From positions 36,005 to 100,004 of IMG/VR virus record IMGVR_UViG_3300021431_000093: 64,000 nucleotides of DNA; one strand, 5' to 3'. Origin of the DNA: a virus (Duplodnaviria; Caudoviricetes). How positions within the stretch are numbered: the stretch's first letter is position 1; each line of letters opens with the position of its first letter. The notes beneath the pieces are model-generated. The model did no database searches, had not been told where the DNA came from, and saw only the letters and a list, made by a program, of their open reading frames with translations. Positions 24,718 through 39,338 of the stretch are shown piece by piece. The translations under genes were made by a program, and so were the position numbers.

Positions 24718-25350
24718 TTATACCTTTTTAAGATGTTCTCAATTTCAAGATATACTTCCTTCACGAGGGTAATTATAATGATAAGCATGAATACATAATC
24801 TTGTAAATTTAGGTTTTAATTTCTCTACATCCCTCATCATAAATCAATCTTCAGCCCGCCTATATGTTGGATTAATCTCTATATTATTATTTCTTAAATA
24901 CTTTAATTGTATAAAATATCTTCAGGTAGCATTACATGACATTGACATACATATAGAACCTGAATTATCATCATGATCAAGTATGAGTATCTCGTCATCG
25001 TCATGTCTTTCATACAACTTATCTATAATAATAGAATAATTATCAGTATATACATAATCATCACTATCTATTGTTGAAATATATTTACCTGATGCTTTTT
25101 TATACATTAAATTTTTAGTATATCCAACTCCCATGTTAGACTCATTTCTCATCAGTATAAAATTTCCAAATTTATTAGCATTAATATGATATCATTTATT
25201 TAAAATAATCCAACTATTATCATTACTAAAATCATCACAGCATATAAGTTCAATATCACTTCTTTTAGGTATAGAATCCAAACACCTTACGAGTGTATCT
25301 TGTACATTATATACAGGAACTACTATAGTTAAAATTATTACGTTTTCCAT
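24718..25350 (-). CDS. Glycosyltransferase family 2 (210 aa, code 4)
   Basis: TIVVPVYN..L.RCLDSI, DDFSNDNS, IDSDD, AED. Confidence 0.9.
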
Positions 25351-25352
25351 AC

Positions 25353-26015
25353 CTATGAAATCACTCCTCTCCTATTCACATCAATATGAATTCCTTCAGA
25401 TTCAAAAAACTCAATTGCTTCTTTTGTTCATTTACCTCTGAATATTGCCCATATATCACCTGTATATTTATGACCTCAATCTATTATTCAGTCATTTAAT
25501 GAATAATATTCATATTTTTTGCAATTATTCATTAATTCAAATGTTCATGGATCAGTAGCTACATTGATAACATCAAGTAAACTTGGTTTAAATCAAAGCT
25601 GACACATCATACTTGTTTTATATAGACCATTTACTGATCTTTTACTTAATGTATTATTTATAAATTCATCATTATGATCAAATGACTTTTCAAAATTTAC
25701 TGCTGCAATATTATCAATTGATTTCATAAACAACTCTAATTCATTAATATAATTAGAATTAACTTTTTTTCTTATAAATATATCATCGCACATAAGAAGT
25801 ATATAATCATCATCAATTAATTTGACAGTGTTTCATATTCTCCTTGTTCATAAATTTAAATCTAAATTGAATTTTATTGTTCTATAATAAGGATTAGATA
25901 ATGTCTCTGTTGAATAAATTATTTCAGGATGATCTGGTCAGTACTTCTCAATACAATGATAAAATAACTCTCATAAATCATTATTCTTGTCACAACTACA
26001 TACAAGTATTTTCAT
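25353..26015 (-). CDS. Putative glycosyltransferase, GT-A like (220 aa, code 4, about 9 TGA)
   Basis: SCDKNNDLW, ILLMCDDIF, PWTFE, IFRGKW. Confidence 0.7.
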
Positions 26016-26651
26016 TTATAACTCCTTTATCATTGCTCTTGTTCTGTCACCTATATCATGTTTATTAAATTGTTTATGATATCATGTTGAATTAGGATCA
26101 TTAGCTGAATCAGATACATCATTTAATGTATTTCTTATAAATAAAAATTTATTTTCAGGATACAGTTTATTCAATAACATTATTAAATACATGTCTTCAA
26201 AGAAATCACCATTTTCTGCTTCACCTTCAGGATAATCAACTTCTCTAAACATATCCTTTGATATAGCAAATAATTTCAATAATTGTGATTTATAAATTCC
26301 ATATCATTTACCAGGATGATTTTCTATTTGATCAAGGTACAAAGAAGCATCTGAACGAATTCCAACAAGTTTAGCATCATCATCTAACATAATAATGTAA
26401 TCAAAATCTGAATTAAGAAATTTATTCCTTAATTCTTTTCTAGCACCTGTTATACCTAATTTATCATAATAAAATGGAATTACATTATCATAATTTACAG
26501 TAAAATCATTTCAATTCTGAGCAATTATCAGTATTGGTAAATTAAATAACCTATTACAATCAAGTATAGTTTTATTTAATCTATCAATTCTAATATTTCT
26601 TAATTCTTTATCATCAGGAAAATAACTAATGATACCTATACATATCTTCAT
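26016..26651 (-). CDS. GT-A fold glycosyltransferase (211 aa, code 4)
   Basis: MKICIGIISY, GITGAR, YIIMLDDD, FED. Confidence 0.75.
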
Positions 26652-26663
26652 ATAATAATATAT

Positions 26664-26692
26664 AAAAAAAAAGGATTAATTAATAATCCTTT
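26664..26692 (-). terminator. Terminator after the fibre operon
   Basis: AAAGGATTA...TAATCCTTT plus long T run on the minus strand. Confidence 0.6.
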
Positions 26693-27633
26693 ACCATAAC
26701 TGTTAATGCTGTAGAAGTAGCAGCATCACTATAAAATGTAATAGTATTTGCTGAAGTATCAGCTCTATAGATATGCGATCATGCTTCTGTATATGTTGCC
26801 ACATTTGCTGCTGTATCAATGTAAACATCTACAACAGGATTACTATTTGCTGTAACACCTGATACTGTAACAGCTTTTGATCCAGCTGCCGTAAATACAG
26901 GTAAAGTACATGTAGTGTATTTTGTAGCAGCTGAAGCTGTAATAGTTGTATTTGTAACTCCAGTTACATGACCTGTAGCATCTACAGTAATTTTAGGTAC
27001 TGCCGTAGCACTTCCATATGTACCAGCAGTAACTCCTGAATTAGCATGTGATATTGTTCATGTACCTGAACCTGTTACAGCTGTACTACTTCCACCTGAA
27101 ATTGGTGATGTTGTCTTAACTGTTATAGATGTTACTGTACCTGTATTTGATGTTTTACTATTTCAAGTGTACTTCTCACCAGTTGTTACTAATGAAACAT
27201 CTGTACCACCACTAGCTGCTGTTTTACTTGAATATGTAGTATTAGGTGGAGTCGTAAATATATAAGTTGATCCACCAGCTGTAAGTTGATATTTTGTACT
27301 TGCTGCTAATGTTATAGCATTAGTACCAGTACTTGTTGCTATTGATAATGAATGGGTATGATTACCTGCAGCTGCTGTTGATGCAGTAGTACCAATTGCC
27401 AAATTCGACTTATTATTTCAAGTGTATTTTTCACCTGTAGTAACAAGTGATACTTCAGTACCTCCCGAAGCAGCAGTTTTAGAAGTATAAGTAGTATCAG
27501 TAAATTTCGCATTTGCTGGAACAGCAGTTAAAACAGTAAGATTATTAACCTTATCTGAATTAGTAGCAGTTCCATATATTTTACCTGTAACTCGTAAATC
27601 TCCAGTTACGAGACTGTCTTTTAATTGAGCCAT
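26680..27633 (-). CDS. Thr/Ser-rich tail fibre protein (317 aa, code 4)
   Basis: Duplicated KTAASGGT.VSLVTTGEKYTWN; HANSGVTAGTYG...ITVD..GH.T fibre motif. Confidence 0.75.
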
Positions 27634-27650
27634 AATATATTATACACTCC

Positions 27651-30059
27651 TTACTTCTCTATAAAATTATCTGCTGAAATAAAATCTTTTCCAATTTTTG
27701 CGTTATAATATTGTGATGGCGTAATTTTAAAATTTGTTACATCAATTCTTCCAGTTCCATCAGAATAATCACATCTAAATCCAACATGTGATTTTGAATA
27801 AGTATTAAACCATGATGCTGGTATTATTGTTGTTACATCATAATGATGCGTACCTGCGGTAAGTGCTCTTGTTGCATTTATAGCAAAACTTGATTGCAAT
27901 GCGCTGCATACATAATTTGTTCCAGCTCATTTTCATGTTGAATCCGTTTTATCATATTGACTTCCTTGTCATCATATTCCTTTAAATGTTCCGCCGGTTC
28001 CAGCAGTAAAAGCTGTTCATTCAATATCACATTCAATATGAATTGATAAATCTTTATTTAAATCAGCATAATTGGTAAAATCTGAGGTACCCATATCAAC
28101 ACATGAATTAACTTTATCTTTTGCTGGAGCATATCCTCCACTTGAAAAACTATTTAATAATTCAGAGTTAGATTCATGAAACTCTTCTGTTGCCATAATA
28201 CCATTTTTCAATGTTTGACTTATATCTTCATTATCTTTTAATTCAAAAGCATGAATATTTTGTAAATTATCTATATTTGCTGGCGTATGATATAAATCTA
28301 AAATATCTTCCGCTGAAAGCGCTGTACAATACATCCTCGAATCTGCAACATTTCCGATAGCTAGTTCACCTCCAGCACTATATGAGCCAATATATAAATT
28401 ATCTATTGTGCTTTTTAATGCTGGATATGTTGCTGAATTATCAACAGTACCAACTAATTCACCGTCACAATAACATTTACAAACTCCATTTTTAAAAGTT
28501 ACTGCAATAAAATATCATTGTCCATTTACTAAACTTGTAGCAGATCCATATTGTCCCAATCCTGCTGCGGATGTTGTTTCACCATTCAATGATGAACGCA
28601 ACCCATATGCCCAAAGTTTATTAGATTTACCCAATGAAAATCTAAAAAAGTTGTTCGAACCAGCTATACTATGAATACCAGCAGAAGTTGAACAATTACT
28701 ATCTCATTTTATTCATGCAGTATGAGTAAATTCTGTAACAATACTTCCATTTTTTCATGGATTTGATACTGTAATATAAGAAGAACCATTAAAATGTGTT
28801 GAAACATCATATCTATAACTATTTTGTTGAGTTGTTAATGTTCCTGTAATAGTTCCATTATAACCATATCCAGATGAATCAGTTATTTTAGTTGTATCAA
28901 CCCCTATTTCTGCTGGTGTTGGTGACCATGAAGTTGCAACTGAGCCTTTTTCAAGTTTTAAATCTCGTAAATATGTAATTGTATCATTTGAAGTATTATA
29001 AATTGGAAAAATTCTAAAACTTGAACCACTTAAATTATTAGTTGTAAATGTAATGGTGATTTTTGTCCATTCATTTGCGTTTATTGTTTGAGGAGTATAA
29101 ATTCTATTGGCAACAACATCTTCATGCGCTTTATCTGATGCAGTAGAAGCAGAATTATAAACCTGAAAATGCCCTAATCTTGTAAATCCAAAATTTCCTC
29201 CAATTGTTGATTTAATAATTGCACTATAAATGTATGTTGTATTTGCTTCAAGAATGATATTAGGATTAAAATTAATTCCAGATGTATTACCACCTGTAAA
29301 CTTATAACAAGGAAAATTATCTTCTGTTACAAAACTTAAATAAGATCCACCATTTAATTTAGATACATTTTCTGCTCTTGGAGTTGTACTGTGTAATAAA
29401 TTCTCTCCAGTGCCACCGCTCCATCCATCCAATTTATAATGAAGTACCAAACCTTGTGAAATTTCTTTTACTTCTTTTGTAGATAAACAGTGATTATAAA
29501 TGCGAACATCATTCATATATGCGCCAGAAGCTTTTTCTCCATTTGCATTACCACCAATGAAAAAATTTGTTACAATATTTCATGCTGGAGCATTAGAAGT
29601 TGAAATAGTATTTTTTAAAATACTATCTATATATATTTTTATTTCTCCTGTTTTATATGTTGCAATCAAATGATGCCAAACATTATCTTTAATACTTGTA
29701 TTTGAGTTACATTGAGTAGAAGCACTACCTGTCGATATGGCAGCAATTGGTATTCCAGAACTATTTATATCAATTCCGAATATAATATTATTTCAAGAAG
29801 TACCTTGTGTTCCTATTGTCATTATTTGAGCATATGCAGAATGAGTTGTTGGTAATTTTACTCAACAAGATAAGCTTGCTTCATTAGAAAAAGATGATAA
29901 AGGTAAATTAGTTACTGCTATATAATTAGAATTAAACGCATAACATTTTCCAATTTTCCCATTATTATCAACAGTTGCTCCATGATTAGTAACAGTTATA
30001 TCACTAATTCCTTTATTTTCTAAAGTTCCATTAAGAGGTAATCAAACTCTCAATGCCAT
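27651..30059 (-). CDS. LamG/concanavalin A-like and CBM-like putative receptor-binding protein (802 aa, code 4)
   Basis: WLPLNG, WHHL.ATY....IYID, MNDVRIYNHCLS..E, second unit ending R.YCTALS.EDI; intervening GENLL...KLEKG..ATSWSP. Confidence 0.8.
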
Positions 30060-30078
30060 ATCTAACTACCTCCTAAAT

Positions 30079-31032
30079 TTATACAATAAGTACACCAGGT
30101 GTAACGAATATAAAATCTAAACTTTCTGTTGTTGAATTATATTCTAATCTTACCTTTTCATTAACAAGATAAGTTTTAGCATTTAATTGACCTGCTGTTG
30201 TTGTTGAATAGATTCCAGAATCAAATGATTGTGTTCCCGTATTAGTACTAGCTGAAGTTGTACCTGTAACATAATATTTTGTTGTAGTTGCTAATGTATT
30301 TGTTACCTTCGTATCTGTATTTGAATCAGCTGGCATTGTAAATATAACACTAGTACCACCAGCAGTTAATTGATACTTACTACCGTGTGCTAATGTTATA
30401 GTACTAGTACCAGAAGATGTTGCTAATGAAGTTGTATGAGTATGATCACTTGTAGCAGCACCAATATTAGCAGGAGTTAAGTTAACATTTCCTGTTCTAT
30501 AAGATGATTCAGCATTACCTTTAACTGCCACGGCAGCAGGAATTGTAACTGCTGATCCTGCAGTCAATATATGTCCATACTTATCTATTGTAATAGGATA
30601 TACTGCAGATGTTGTTTTTGCAGGGGATGTTGAAGGAGCAGCATGTGAAATAGTGACTGATCCAGAAGTTCCTGAACCTGTAAGACCATTACTTCCTGTT
30701 ACACCTGTTATTGTACCTGTATTTTTAGTAAATCCTCAACCACTTACAGTTGATTCAGTAACTGCTGATGGAATTGTAACAGCAGCACCATAAGCACTAA
30801 TATGTCCTTGAGCATCAATCTTTATTGGGTATACTGCTTGAGTTGTTTGAGCAGTAACACTGTTACTATGATTTAAAGTGACAGCACCAGAGGTACCACC
30901 ACCAGAAAGTCCTGTTCCTGCAGTAACTCCGGTGATAGTACCTGTATTTTTGGTGTAACCACTTGTATTATCTATAAATTTTACTACATCTCCTGAAGGG
31001 AGAGTCATTTGACTTTGATTATATGTTGCCAT
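30079..31032 (-). CDS. Thr/Ser-rich tail fibre protein (317 aa, code 4)
   Basis: GTITGVTAG, YPIKIDAQGH, KGNAESSYRTGNVNLT. Confidence 0.75.
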
Positions 31033-31042
31033 TTAAATCTCC

Positions 31043-34000
31043 TTAATGACTAGCTGTAACTGTTACAGATCCTTCTGGTTTGTAAGTTCCTGTTGAAGTA
31101 AATGAAGTTCCAGAGAATGTACCCTTTAATTCAGCTCCATCTCCAGTGAAAGTCTGTGCAGCTGCATATGTATTATCTGCCCCTGTATTGTAACCATTCC
31201 ATAATCCAGTAACTTGCGATCTTTCAGGTAATGTAACAGAAGTAGGAGTATTCGCAGTAAACTCATCTTCACCTTGTGAGAAACTAGCAGCAGTACCAGC
31301 TGTATAGAAACCAGAATTTAATTTAGCAGCAGTAAAGCTGTCATTACCATGAGTTGCAGCAGTAAATGAATCTGAACCTTGAGTGAATTTAGCTGCCGAA
31401 CCAACAGTATAGAATCCTGTACCCAGTGACGCTGCTGTAAATGAATCAGCATCATGTGTTGCAGCTGTATAAGAATCTGATCCTTGTACAAATGAACCAG
31501 CTGATCAAGATATAGTCAAATTACCGGTTGAACTATTAGGTGTAAATGTTAACACTGGAGCAACAAAACTATCTGTACCTTGTGTAAATGAACCACCACT
31601 AAATGAACCTCTAGTAAATGAGCCTCCACTAAATTTTGTAGTGTCTATCTTCGTAGGAACATTAGCAGTAAAATTATCTGTTCCTTGAGTAAATGAGCCA
31701 CCTGAAAATGACCCTCTTGTGAATGATCCACCACTAAATTTAGAAGTATCTATAACTGTAGGAGTATTAGCAGTAAATGTATCAGTTCCTTGATTAAATG
31801 AAGCAGCTGTACCATTAGTTTTAGAACCTACACTAGTAATAGAATATACACTAGTTGTTTTAGGACTAATTGTAACTGCTGATTTTGCATTACTACCAGA
31901 TGGAGTATAATTTGCAGTACCTGTACCTTTACTTATTGTAATATTACCTGTAGGAGTACCTGATACTGAAATTGATTTAGAAGTTCCACTAAATGAACCA
32001 GATAATGTTACATTTGCACTTAAATCTACTGCTCCAACTTTTCTGGATGTTGGTACATAATCACCCAATAAAGCATCTGTTTCTGCTACAGTGTAATAAG
32101 GTCCTTCTGAACCAATATATTCCCAGTGATTAGTTCCACCTGAAACAATAACTCATCTGTAATATCCAGTTGCTCCTGAATGCTGACTATCAACTAATAC
32201 TTTAACAATATCATTATTATTAAGTGACGTTGTATCATACTGTTGTAATTCAGCATAAGTACCAACAATATCAACAACGTCTGATGAAGCACTTATAGCA
32301 TCAATTTGATCCTGTAAATTACTATCAGCATTTTGTCTAGCTGTTGCTTCAGTTGAAACTTTTGAATTTACTTGTGTTTCAGTTTGATATCCATTAGGAT
32401 TAGTACTATCATATGGAGTAAATCCTAATGCGCTTGTTATAGTAGAAGAAGTTATGTTATGAACATGATCTTCTCTAGCAAAACTTGCACTAGTACCAAC
32501 CACTGCTGTTGTGCCAACTGCTGTAACTGTACTACCAGCTGAAGCACCTTCAGGAATAGATGGTTTATTTTTAATATATGCATCCGATGTTGAATCTGTT
32601 TCATTTCAATCAGCTTGAACATTAACTTCTGCACCAGATGCTATTCCATCTAATTTATTCTTTAATGTGGTTGTAAAATTGTTATCTGTATGCACGTATG
32701 AAGAATCTGAAACAAAATCAGAATCATTTGTTAAATCAGATGTCTTACTAGGAATACTAGGAAAATCACTAATCTTTGAGACAGTTATATTAGGAATATC
32801 CGCAGTTGTTAATGCTCTAAATGAAGGAGTACCATTAGCATTACTTGGAGCTGCTAATACAAAATTCTTTGTCTTCGATCCATAAGGATTCTTTGTATCA
32901 CCATAGGCATCTGCTAATGATATTGTTGTACTTAGTGTTTCAGTTTGAGATGTATTTTGACTTGATTGAATAGGTCCTGTTGCAGCTACTTGTACGCTCT
33001 TTACAGTACCCATAGATGATACATCTGACATTGTTGCTATCTTATTATCTGTGGAATCGTATGCTGTGTTAGTAATTAAATCAGCAATTCCAGATGATAA
33101 TATAGATGTACCATTGACCTTTACATCATTTACTGAATCTGTTCATGGAACATTAACTGCTAAATAACCAGACTTGTCAAGTGCAACTGGGTAAACTCTA
33201 CCTGAAACTTCTGTTGCAGCAGCTGAATCATTTGACAGTTTTGTTTCAGATTGTAAATTTGCTTTTAATTTAACTACTGAAGTACTTCCACCAGAGAATG
33301 TGTGTGCTAATCCCTTTTCAGTATCAACTTTCGAATAAGCTTTTCTTACAGTTACACTTCAGTTATTATTACTTTCAAGTTTATAGATATAAACTTCGTC
33401 ACCTTGTAAATCAAATGTATGACTACTTACTGATCTATAATATTGGAACTCAACATTAGTTGGATTATCAGCATTATTTACGTATGCCATAAACGCCATA
33501 CGAGTCTGAGATCCTGAGGCTGGATTTGAATTAGAGCTGGCACGACAGTACACAATAGCATTATGCTTATAAGCATCAATAAAATCACTTCATGTACTAA
33601 CGCCATAGCTTAATATTACCATTTCATGGAGATCAAGGGCTTCACCATACTCTGTAATATGACCTTGGGCATCTATCTTTATAGGATATAATCCTGAAGT
33701 TGTTTGAGCTGTTATTGAATTACTATGACCTAAACTGATCGATCCAGTGGTACCACCACCAGTGAGACCAGAACCTGCTGTAACTTCAGTAATTGTACCG
33801 AAACCAGTATCGTTTGTAAGATCACTAACTTTTGTAGGAACTGTTACATTAACAGTCTTATTAGTTATAGGTAACTCAACACCATTCTTCTGAATATGAT
33901 TAATTGTATTTGGTTCACCACCAGTTGATATAATATCATCAACTCTTGTTTCAAGATTTGATACTTTTGTATCTACAGCATTAACATCTGATTCAGTAGC

Positions 34001-36493
34001 AAATGGATCAGAAGGAGTTGCTCCATTACCGTCATTTGTTAAATCAGATGTTTTTGTAGGAACTGTTATATCTACATTTTTATTAGATATTGTGAGAGCT
34101 GTACCATTCTTTGAAATTGATTCAATTACATTTACTTGAGCACCACTAGCAATTCCTGCTAATTTATCCTTTTCAGTTGTTGTATAACTGTTTTGAGATA
34201 ATCCCATACCAGTTACTTTATCAACTTTATCATCCAAAGCATCCTGTAAATCAGTTTGACTAGAGATATTTCCTTGGATATTACCTCATTCTGCAGATGT
34301 TTGAGTATTGGCAATTGTTATACTACCTGTACTTGTATCTTTTGTAATAGATATACCTGAACCTTGTATTAAATCTTCAGGTTGTACAGCTGATGCACCT
34401 AATTCAGCATTTGATCTAATTGTTGATAAATCTGATATCGTATCTTGTTTATCATTAAGTGCGTTATTCAAATCAACTTGATCACTTAATGTACCATTTA
34501 TTGATCCCCAAGATGTACCAGTAGCACTTATAACATTAGATGCTGATATACTGATATTTGTACCCGCTGTTAATTTATCTTGTTTTGATGCTAAATCAGT
34601 TTTTGTAGCAGTTATTGTACTATCAATAGCAAACTCATTATTTGTTAATGATAAACCATTACCAGCTGTATATTTAGTATCAATAGCTGAAATAGTATTA
34701 CCATTTATAGTAATATTAGAGCCTTGAATTAATTCATCCTGCTTACTATTTACATCTGTTCTTAATCCTGTTAATACACTATTTAAATCAGTCTGATTAG
34801 CTAATGTACCTTCAATTGATCCCCATGTAGTAGGTGATGTTACTGTTTCAATTACAGTATCATCTCCATCCTTAGAAATCCTAATGCCAGAACCAGGAGT
34901 AAGTGTATCTTGTTTTGTTGCTAATCCAGTTGCTAACTCATCATCAACATAAGTCTTTGTTGCTAATGTTTCAGTATCAGCTGATATAACATCATTAGTT
35001 ATATTGACACCAGTTCCTGCTGTATAATCCTGAAATGAAATAGTATTATTAATTATATTTATTCTATTACCAGCAGTTAAGTTGTCCTGCTTTCCTGATA
35101 AGGCTAAATCAGTTTCAGCTTTTGTATAATAATTATCTTTAAGAGCTAATGTATCATAACCTATTAATTCATTAACATTTTCAGGAATATTATAATTAAT
35201 TGTTCCTTCACCTGACTGATTCAATGTAATAATACCAACAGTTTCACCTGTATCTCTATCAACTGTTTTTATAGGGTTTCCTTCAGAATCAAATTCACCA
35301 GTTTCATGAACAGTAGCATTCTTTTTAAAGATAACCTTAGAGTCAGATATCTGCGCATCATCAGGAATTTGACCTAAGTCACTATAATGTAAAGTTATAT
35401 CCTGATTTAGTGGTTTATTATTAATCTTTCTTAATTGAGGAACAAACTTATCATCTACTTGAGCTGAAGTATAATAAGGACCTTGTTCACCAATAAATTC
35501 TCAGTGACCGATTCTATTTCCTTCGGAATCATATATTGGATTACCTTCAGAATCTAAATCTAATACTCATCTATAATAAACTACAGCATTATTTCTAGTT
35601 TCATCTTGAATGACTTTAATTATGTCATTCTCTTTTACATGAGATGTATCATATCTTTGAAGTTCAGCATATGAACCTAAAATATCAATAACGTCTGATG
35701 AACTTGATAATGCATCAATCTGCTCTTGTAAATTTACATCTGCTGACTCTCTATTACCAACTTCTGTATTTATTGCTTGACGAATATCAGCATGAGCACC
35801 TAAATCTTTATTATGATCATTTATAGCCTCTTGTGTAATATAACCAGAATCATTAAAAAATGATGATACACCAATACTACCAAAATTGATAATATCACTA
35901 GCTCTCATATCACCTTGAATAATGTGTCCATCAATAGTTGGTTTATTATCTAAACTATTGTAATCCCCTCCAGGAGTTGATATGATTGTCTGTCCTTGAG
36001 AGTTCTTTTCAATTGTAATATAAGAACCAGCAGTTAATTTGTCTTGTTTATTATTTAAAGCATCATAAAGATCAACTTGATCAGAAATATCACCTTGAAT
36101 ATTCCCTCACTCAGCTGATGTTTGTGTATTAGTTATAGTTGAATTACCTTCAGCATCCGTTGTTATACTAATACCATTACCTGCTGTAAGTGTACCAGTT
36201 AAACCAAAATCAGAGGGAGATTTATCTCCCTCGATTGTTATATTGTTTATTGAAGGTAAATCACTTAAATTATTATAACTAGATGCAGCTACAGCTGATA
36301 TAACATTATTTTCATCTATTGTTATATTTTCTCCAGCTGTCAACTTATCTTGTTTTGTTTCTATATCGACAGATATATTTTCAACTTGCTCATTTAAATT
36401 AGTAATGTTTTCACGAGCAAAGGAATCTTCATAATACCTTATCTCTCCATTACTTAATTGTGTTTTATTTACTGTCTTTATTTTATCTGTCAT
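31043..36493 (-). CDS. Giant tail fibre protein (1816 aa, code 4)
   Basis: Eight in-frame ORF fragments linked by TGA; KQD.LTAG.NI.I, WG.I.G....Q.DL, PTKTSDLTND, VNVPW and FTQG repeats. Confidence 0.85.
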
Positions 36494-36507
36494 ATTTTAT
36501 TTACCCA

Positions 36508-39336
36508 TTAACCTTTCACGTTAATACTTAAAGCTGTACCTGCCAAACTTTCTGTAGCAAAGAACTGTATTGACTTTGTGCCAGTAACAGCTCTATAAAT
36601 TTTACTCCATGCAATATTTAATGCATCTACATCATCTACACTTGAAACAGTTGACATATTAATATCTAATATTGGGTTACTAGCACTTGTAATATTAGCA
36701 AGATTAGTATTATCTGTTATAGTTGTTGTAAATCCAATTTGTCCTGCTGAACCAGTGGCTGCTGACCAAGTAGCATCAGAAGGAATAGTAATAGTTGTCA
36801 TAGGTACAACAGGTAATGTAACAGTACTATTAGATGCAGATGTTATATGACCCATTGCATTTACTGTTATCTTAGGAACTACAAATGTACCACCATATGT
36901 AGGAGATACTGTATTAGGACCATAAGTACTTGCAGTTACACCTGAATTTGCATGGGTAATTGTTGTACTAACTGTTGCACCTGTTTGTGCAGAACTTGTA
37001 CTTGAAACAATTGGAGATGTAGCTGAAATCTGAACACTTCTTACTGTACCAACATCTAAATTACCATTACCTAAGATATTTGAACTATTTATGGTTTTGA
37101 TATTTGTACCACTAACTAATGTAGCTTGTTTACCAGCAATAGCGGTTGTATTAGAGCTGATATTATTTTTATTAGTTGTAATTTGACTAACTAATGTACT
37201 TGTAATACCTGAATTAATTGATCCTCATTGAGTTGAAGTGAATGAACTATTATTTAATGTATATTCAAATTCCCAAGCTGATCCATTATATTTATATCTC
37301 TTGTACTTCGTATTACCTGCAGAATCTACGCAACTTACAAATGCATAGTCATTATTATCCATTCCAGTAATTGATCTTAATGCTGATTGAGCAGCTGACT
37401 CTGTATCAGCTGAAGCAGTTACTGTACCTTGGAATGTTGCCGTTGAAGTTGAAATAGAATCATTAACAAATTGTTTATCAGCCAACTGATTAGATGAAGT
37501 AGCTGCATTAGGAATCTTCGCTTCAATAGCAGAAATCTTGGAATTTACACCATTTGTACCAGTAATTAAATCTCTAATATCACTATGAGCTGATGTACTA
37601 CTATTATGTGTACTTATTGCTGAACTTACTGTACTTGATACATTTGTTGAAGTCTGATAGCCACTATCATTCGTTAAATGACTTGTCTTACTAGGAACTT
37701 TTATAGTAATACTGGTAGCTGAACTTTGATTAGCTGTAAATGTATTTCCTGTTGAAACAGCTTCAGGTGTAGCTAATGAAACACCAATTGTTAATGTACC
37801 ATTATTTATAGCAGGTTTATTACTTAAATCTGCATAACTTCCAGAAGTTGCAACTGTTGCAAGATTAGGAGTATTTGATAAACTTGTATAACTGCCAGAT
37901 GTAGCAACTGCAGCTAAACCACTAACATTTGCAGCTGGCAATTTATTAGATGATGTAATTGCATCTTGTTTACTATTCCATGTCTGTTTTTCTGAAGCAG
38001 TTACAAACTTATTACTATGACCAGTATCGTCCACTAAATCTGAACTTAACTTACTAGTTGTAGTGATAGCAGCTTGTTTAGCATTCCATGCAACTTTATC
38101 CTCTGCAGTAACAAACTTATGAGTTGAAGTCGTATCTACAACATCATCTGCATCAATAGTTGTTGAACCATCACCTATTTTATCCTGTTTAGCATTAAAT
38201 AAAGCTGCTAAATCAGCATTATCCATTGGAGTATCATCCGGATAAGATACAATTTTCTTCCAGGTAGGCTCAGCCTGTAAGCTGTTTATAATAAAACTAT
38301 CTGGTACATCAGGATCGTATGCACCTGATTCAGGGTCATAAGCACCTGGTACTATATTAATACCACCACCTGCAACATAAGTAGTATCTTTTGCACTAAT
38401 AACTTTCTTACCACTTGCTGTAGTAATTTTTACATTTGTTCCTGCTTGATACAAGTCAGCAGCAGCTGCGGATGTAATATAACCACTTAAAGCTGTATTT
38501 AAATCTGATTGTTGAATAGCTGTATCTGCTTTACCTAAAGATGTTTGAACTGCTGCTACTAAATCAGACTTAGGAATACCAGCACTTGGTTTACTATATT
38601 TTGCATTCCAAGCTGTTTTTTCTGATGCATTTGTATGAATTGTAGTATTTCCTGTATGTGCAGTAAATGTTGATGTATTGACCAAACCTTCAATAAGTCC
38701 ACTAATAGGAACTCTTGTAGGATGTAAATGATCAGGATCATTCTCAAGATAAATTAAAATATCTTTAGTATTATTATCATATTCAACATCCATTACCATT
38801 GACTCAATTGGTAAATTAATTGTAAATGTTCCGCCTATATCCTCATTAGCATCATTCATTAAATGGAATTTATACTCATGTTTAATTTGATCCTGATCAC
38901 AAGATATTTTACAACCAGTATTAGCTCTTAAAGCATACGGCAATAATTTTGTTACCAACTCATTATTATCAATAAAATCAGTTGAAATCTGATTATGTAA
39001 TGTATCAATCTTATTATCTACACTTGCAATTGTATCAAATGGATCAGCTAAACCCTCTGAATTCAAATCGCCATTACCATCATTAACCAATTGACTTGTA
39101 TGTTCTGGAACTGCTTTTTCAAAAGTAGCACCTACATCAACACCCTCTTCATAATTTTTCTTATATAGATATAATAATCCATCCTCTTCACAAATTGTGA
39201 AGTATCTATCAGGCATTGTATTGTATTCATCACTACCTTTAGTGCAGCACTTTTCCATTTCAGACCTGGATAATAATATCCTGCCATCAATTGGAAGTGG
39301 AGATCCTATATCAAATCCTTGAATTAACTTAATCAT
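36508..39336 (-). CDS. Long tail fibre protein (942 aa, code 4)
   Basis: One TGA at 37225; LA.VATSGSY..L.N.P and FVTA..K..WN.KQ repeats; C-terminus shared with 26680..27633. Confidence 0.8.
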
Positions 39337-39338
39337 AA

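Noticed and set aside
27160-31820. Direct repeats as a CRISPR array or DGR template/variable pair
   Set aside because: They are in-frame coding repeats with mostly synonymous differences; no spacers and no reverse transcriptase in the window
20578-36493. Pseudogenisation or sequencing errors as the cause of fragmented ORFs
   Set aside because: Every break I checked is an in-frame TGA with no frameshift, often at a conserved Trp
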